Below are positions 61,346 to 64,000 of a stretch of DNA of 64,000 nucleotides, in pieces. Positions within the stretch are counted from its first letter, which is position 1. The number at the start of each line of letters is the position of its first letter. The position numbers were made by a program, and so were the translations under genes. The DNA is taken from the NCBI GenBank assembly GCA_051294375.1, contig CM119267.1, positions 25,683,293 to 25,747,292 on the forward strand, written 5' to 3'. This DNA is from Paraspadella gotoi (Eukaryota; Animalia; Chaetognatha). The notes beneath the pieces were generated by a model. It did not search any database. It saw only the letters and a list, made by a program, of their open reading frames with translations, and was not told where the DNA came from.

Positions 61346-61793
61346 ATGGAAAATCTAACTGACAAAAGCGAATTAAAGATGGCGGAAAGATTGGAGGCTG
61401 CGCAAATAGGAGCGTGTGTAGAATCCGAAACCCAAATAAAAAAGCTGGAGGCGATTAAAGGGGAATACTGGGATCTTCGCTCGACTCTTTCTCGTCTTCC
61501 GGACGAGATACATCACGACGTCATGGTGCCTTTTGGGAAAAAAGCTTTTCTGCCAGGAAGGCTCCTTCACACCAACGAGGTTCTCGTCCTTTTGGGTGAG
61601 TTGCTTCATTTTCCCATTGGGTTTCGTTGATGCTCCTTGTCTTTTCCAATCGCAGGGGATAATTGGTTCCTGGAGACGAGCACTAAACACGCCGCCATGA
61701 TCGTCGACCGACGTTTGAAGCGAATCAACGACATGATATTCGGCCTTCAGTTTCAGCGCGAGATGTTTGCCCAACACCACGGATTCACGAAAG
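61346..61793 (+). CDS. URI1: Unconventional prefoldin RPB5 interactor (first two exons; the rest is not resolved)
   Basis: Exons ~61346-61595 and 61656-61793. TLSRLPDEIHHDVMVPFGKKAFLPGRLLHTNEVLVLLGDNWF..IVDRR. Start codon ambiguous (61325/61346/61379). Confidence 0.88.
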
Positions 61794-64000
61794 GTGGTGA
61801 ATTTATTGATTAGCACTTCGTTAAAATTTATTCTAAAATAGTCATAATATTATTTTTATTATCATGTCAAATAATTGCGCAAAATAAGTTTATCTACTAA
61901 TTAAATAATAATCAACTAAAAAAAAGAATTTCTTTGAAAATATTCATTACTGTAAATACTTTTAATAAAAAATTTTCAAGGTTTTGGTTTTCATGAACTT
62001 GGTACAACCAATACCGTATAAAATTATCCATTCATTTAATTAATGAGCGTTGTTGTCACACTACCTTGCGCTTGACTTTGGACAGGCTATGGTGGTTTAA
62101 GACTTTCTCACAGTCTCGTTTATTCACTCCCAGAGTACCAGGCTTTCATATTAATAAAGTGGTAAAAGAGTACAGAAGGCTTCATATTATAAAATGTAGT
62201 ACCCATTTTTTGTGACCAGAACACGTTCCGAGAAAACTACTGGACCAAATTTATTGAAATTTGGAATGAATGATCCCTATGTGAATACAAATAGAAATAT
62301 CAAGGCAAATTTCAATAATTGACCCCTGAGCCGAGTTATGGGCCCTCTAATGGGTCACCCATTGGGGCAAAAAATGGTCAAAAATTTTTTTACATGGTAT
62401 TTTTTCAAATATTTTTGTTATTTGAACCAGTTGCACAGATGTTTACTCTTCCACAAAACCTATTTATTACCTCAAAAATGTTAGTTTACCTTAATTTTCA
62501 TCTTCATGAACACTATTCTGTTCAGTCAGATATTGGAATAATTTTGGAAAATTGGAAAGTAACACGATGAACCATGCATTTTCAAACAATGCTTTTATAA
62601 TTTATCAATTCTTGATTCTACACATTTTTTTTACATGTTAGAGACGTCAATAGCACCTGATTGCTGACTAAAATTATTAATATAGAAAAAAAAATTTTTT
62701 AGCCTTTTTTGGCCCCCAGGGGTCCAGCCCCAGGACCCTGTATCTCTTGTCAGGGGTTGAATATCAAAATTCGCCTCGATAGTTCCATTTATATCGTCAT
62801 TAGGACTGTATATGTAAAATTTCATAAAATTCGATCGAGTACTTGGGTAGAACAGATTCTGGTCACAAGAAAGGGGTACACATTTTATAATATGAAGCCT
62901 TCTGTTAGACGAGAATCTCGCTTAAAAAAAAATTTCAACATTTTTCTAATAGAGAATTCCGTTCAAATCTGACTACCCAAATTGCAAACGGCGTTTGCCA
63001 GAAATTCGGTTAAAAAACACGCTTAAAAACGCACGATTCCGAAGTGTTACATCTGAAGAGCTTGTCCTATTCGTTTTATGGCATTTGATAAAGGATTTAA
63101 TATCAAACAAGCAGGGGAAATGCACTACTCATCTCCGGAGAATTTTCAAACCTCATTTTTTACTATAGAAATGAAAGGGAAAGTTTAACAAACTTAAAAT
63201 TGCAAACGGGATTGCTATATGTTCCTGTTACATGAGCAACTTCGAATTTCGCGATTCAATAGCTTTGTGTCTGAAGAGCTTGTCCTATTTTTCTTTTTTC
63301 ATTTTATAATGATTTTGACATAAAATGATCAGGTTTAAATGAAATAGTCCAGTTTGAATCGCGAAATTTTTATTTAAAAAAAAATTAAAAGGAAGGTTGA
63401 GAAAAAAACTGATTTTTCCTAATATCTTTTGAAGGAATAAAGATAAAGGGATGGCAATAGTACAAAATGAAGCCATATATATAGGGCACATACACAGATA
63501 CAATTTTAGAATTACTTATGCTGAAACCTCCTTACAGGAGGTGAGTATCAAACTAAGTCAAAATTATAATGAATTTTAAAACTAATGACACCCCACAAGA
63601 ATAAATGAAAATTTAATTCTTTTTAATGATTTTGAAAGAAAAAAGGCTAAATTGTACTCTAGTAAAACTTTAAAGTTTTTTGAATAAAGAAAATGTAAAT
63701 TTTTTGTCACTTAAATATTTGCTTGTCTGATTTTACAAGCATGCTTACAAAATTCTACAAAAATATTATTTACCCCATCAAAGCCTAAGTATTTTCCTTT
63801 CTTTCCACCAGCAAAAGTAAACATTATCTTATTGAAGAGAAGCGGATGTTTACTAAAAGGAGCCGGAAGCCATTCAACTTCTTCACTTTGATGTTATTTT
63901 TTCAATAATAAAATAAGCGAATTTTTATATTTTTAACTCTCACAGGCTTCATAAGATATTACACTTTCATAATATCCCAATGTTAATGTAATTTATTAAT

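Noticed and set aside
63050-63290. Duplicated CTGAAGAGCTTGTCCTATT as hammerhead cores
   Set aside because: No downstream stem II/GAAA; more likely internal repeats of a DNA-transposon remnant.

Overview
AT-rich, repeat-rich animal (invertebrate) genomic DNA with mostly GC-rich exons. About 16 protein-coding genes can be read and all lie on the + strand, several with very short spacers: the 3' part of USO1/p115, IMPACT, BORCS7, four dispersed paralogs of an unrecognised MADS/SRF-like family, two C2H2 zinc-finger genes, PMF1/Nnf1-like, YEATS4, a 1170-aa K/E-repeat protein, a small membrane ORF, a coiled-coil gene, archease and the start of URI1. Introns and spacers hold Penelope-like elements with minimal hammerhead ribozymes, a CRE-like LINE 3' end, Helentron/HINE-like elements, TA-flanked MITEs and a 3.2-kb LTR element with no recognisable pol. 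The most striking observation is two unrelated-looking families of tiny non-coding LTR elements (TRIMs at 19061-19792 and 51450-52097, plus solo LTRs). Each LTR carries a tRNA-like Pol III promoter directly followed by a type-P5 twister-ribozyme fold whose P1 stem is a loop-less quasi-palindrome. They are candidate twister-based LTR 'retrozymes' that may self-cleave as LTR-LTR dimers and give ~476/~416-nt (possibly circular) RNAs. All structures were folded by eye; no searches were run.
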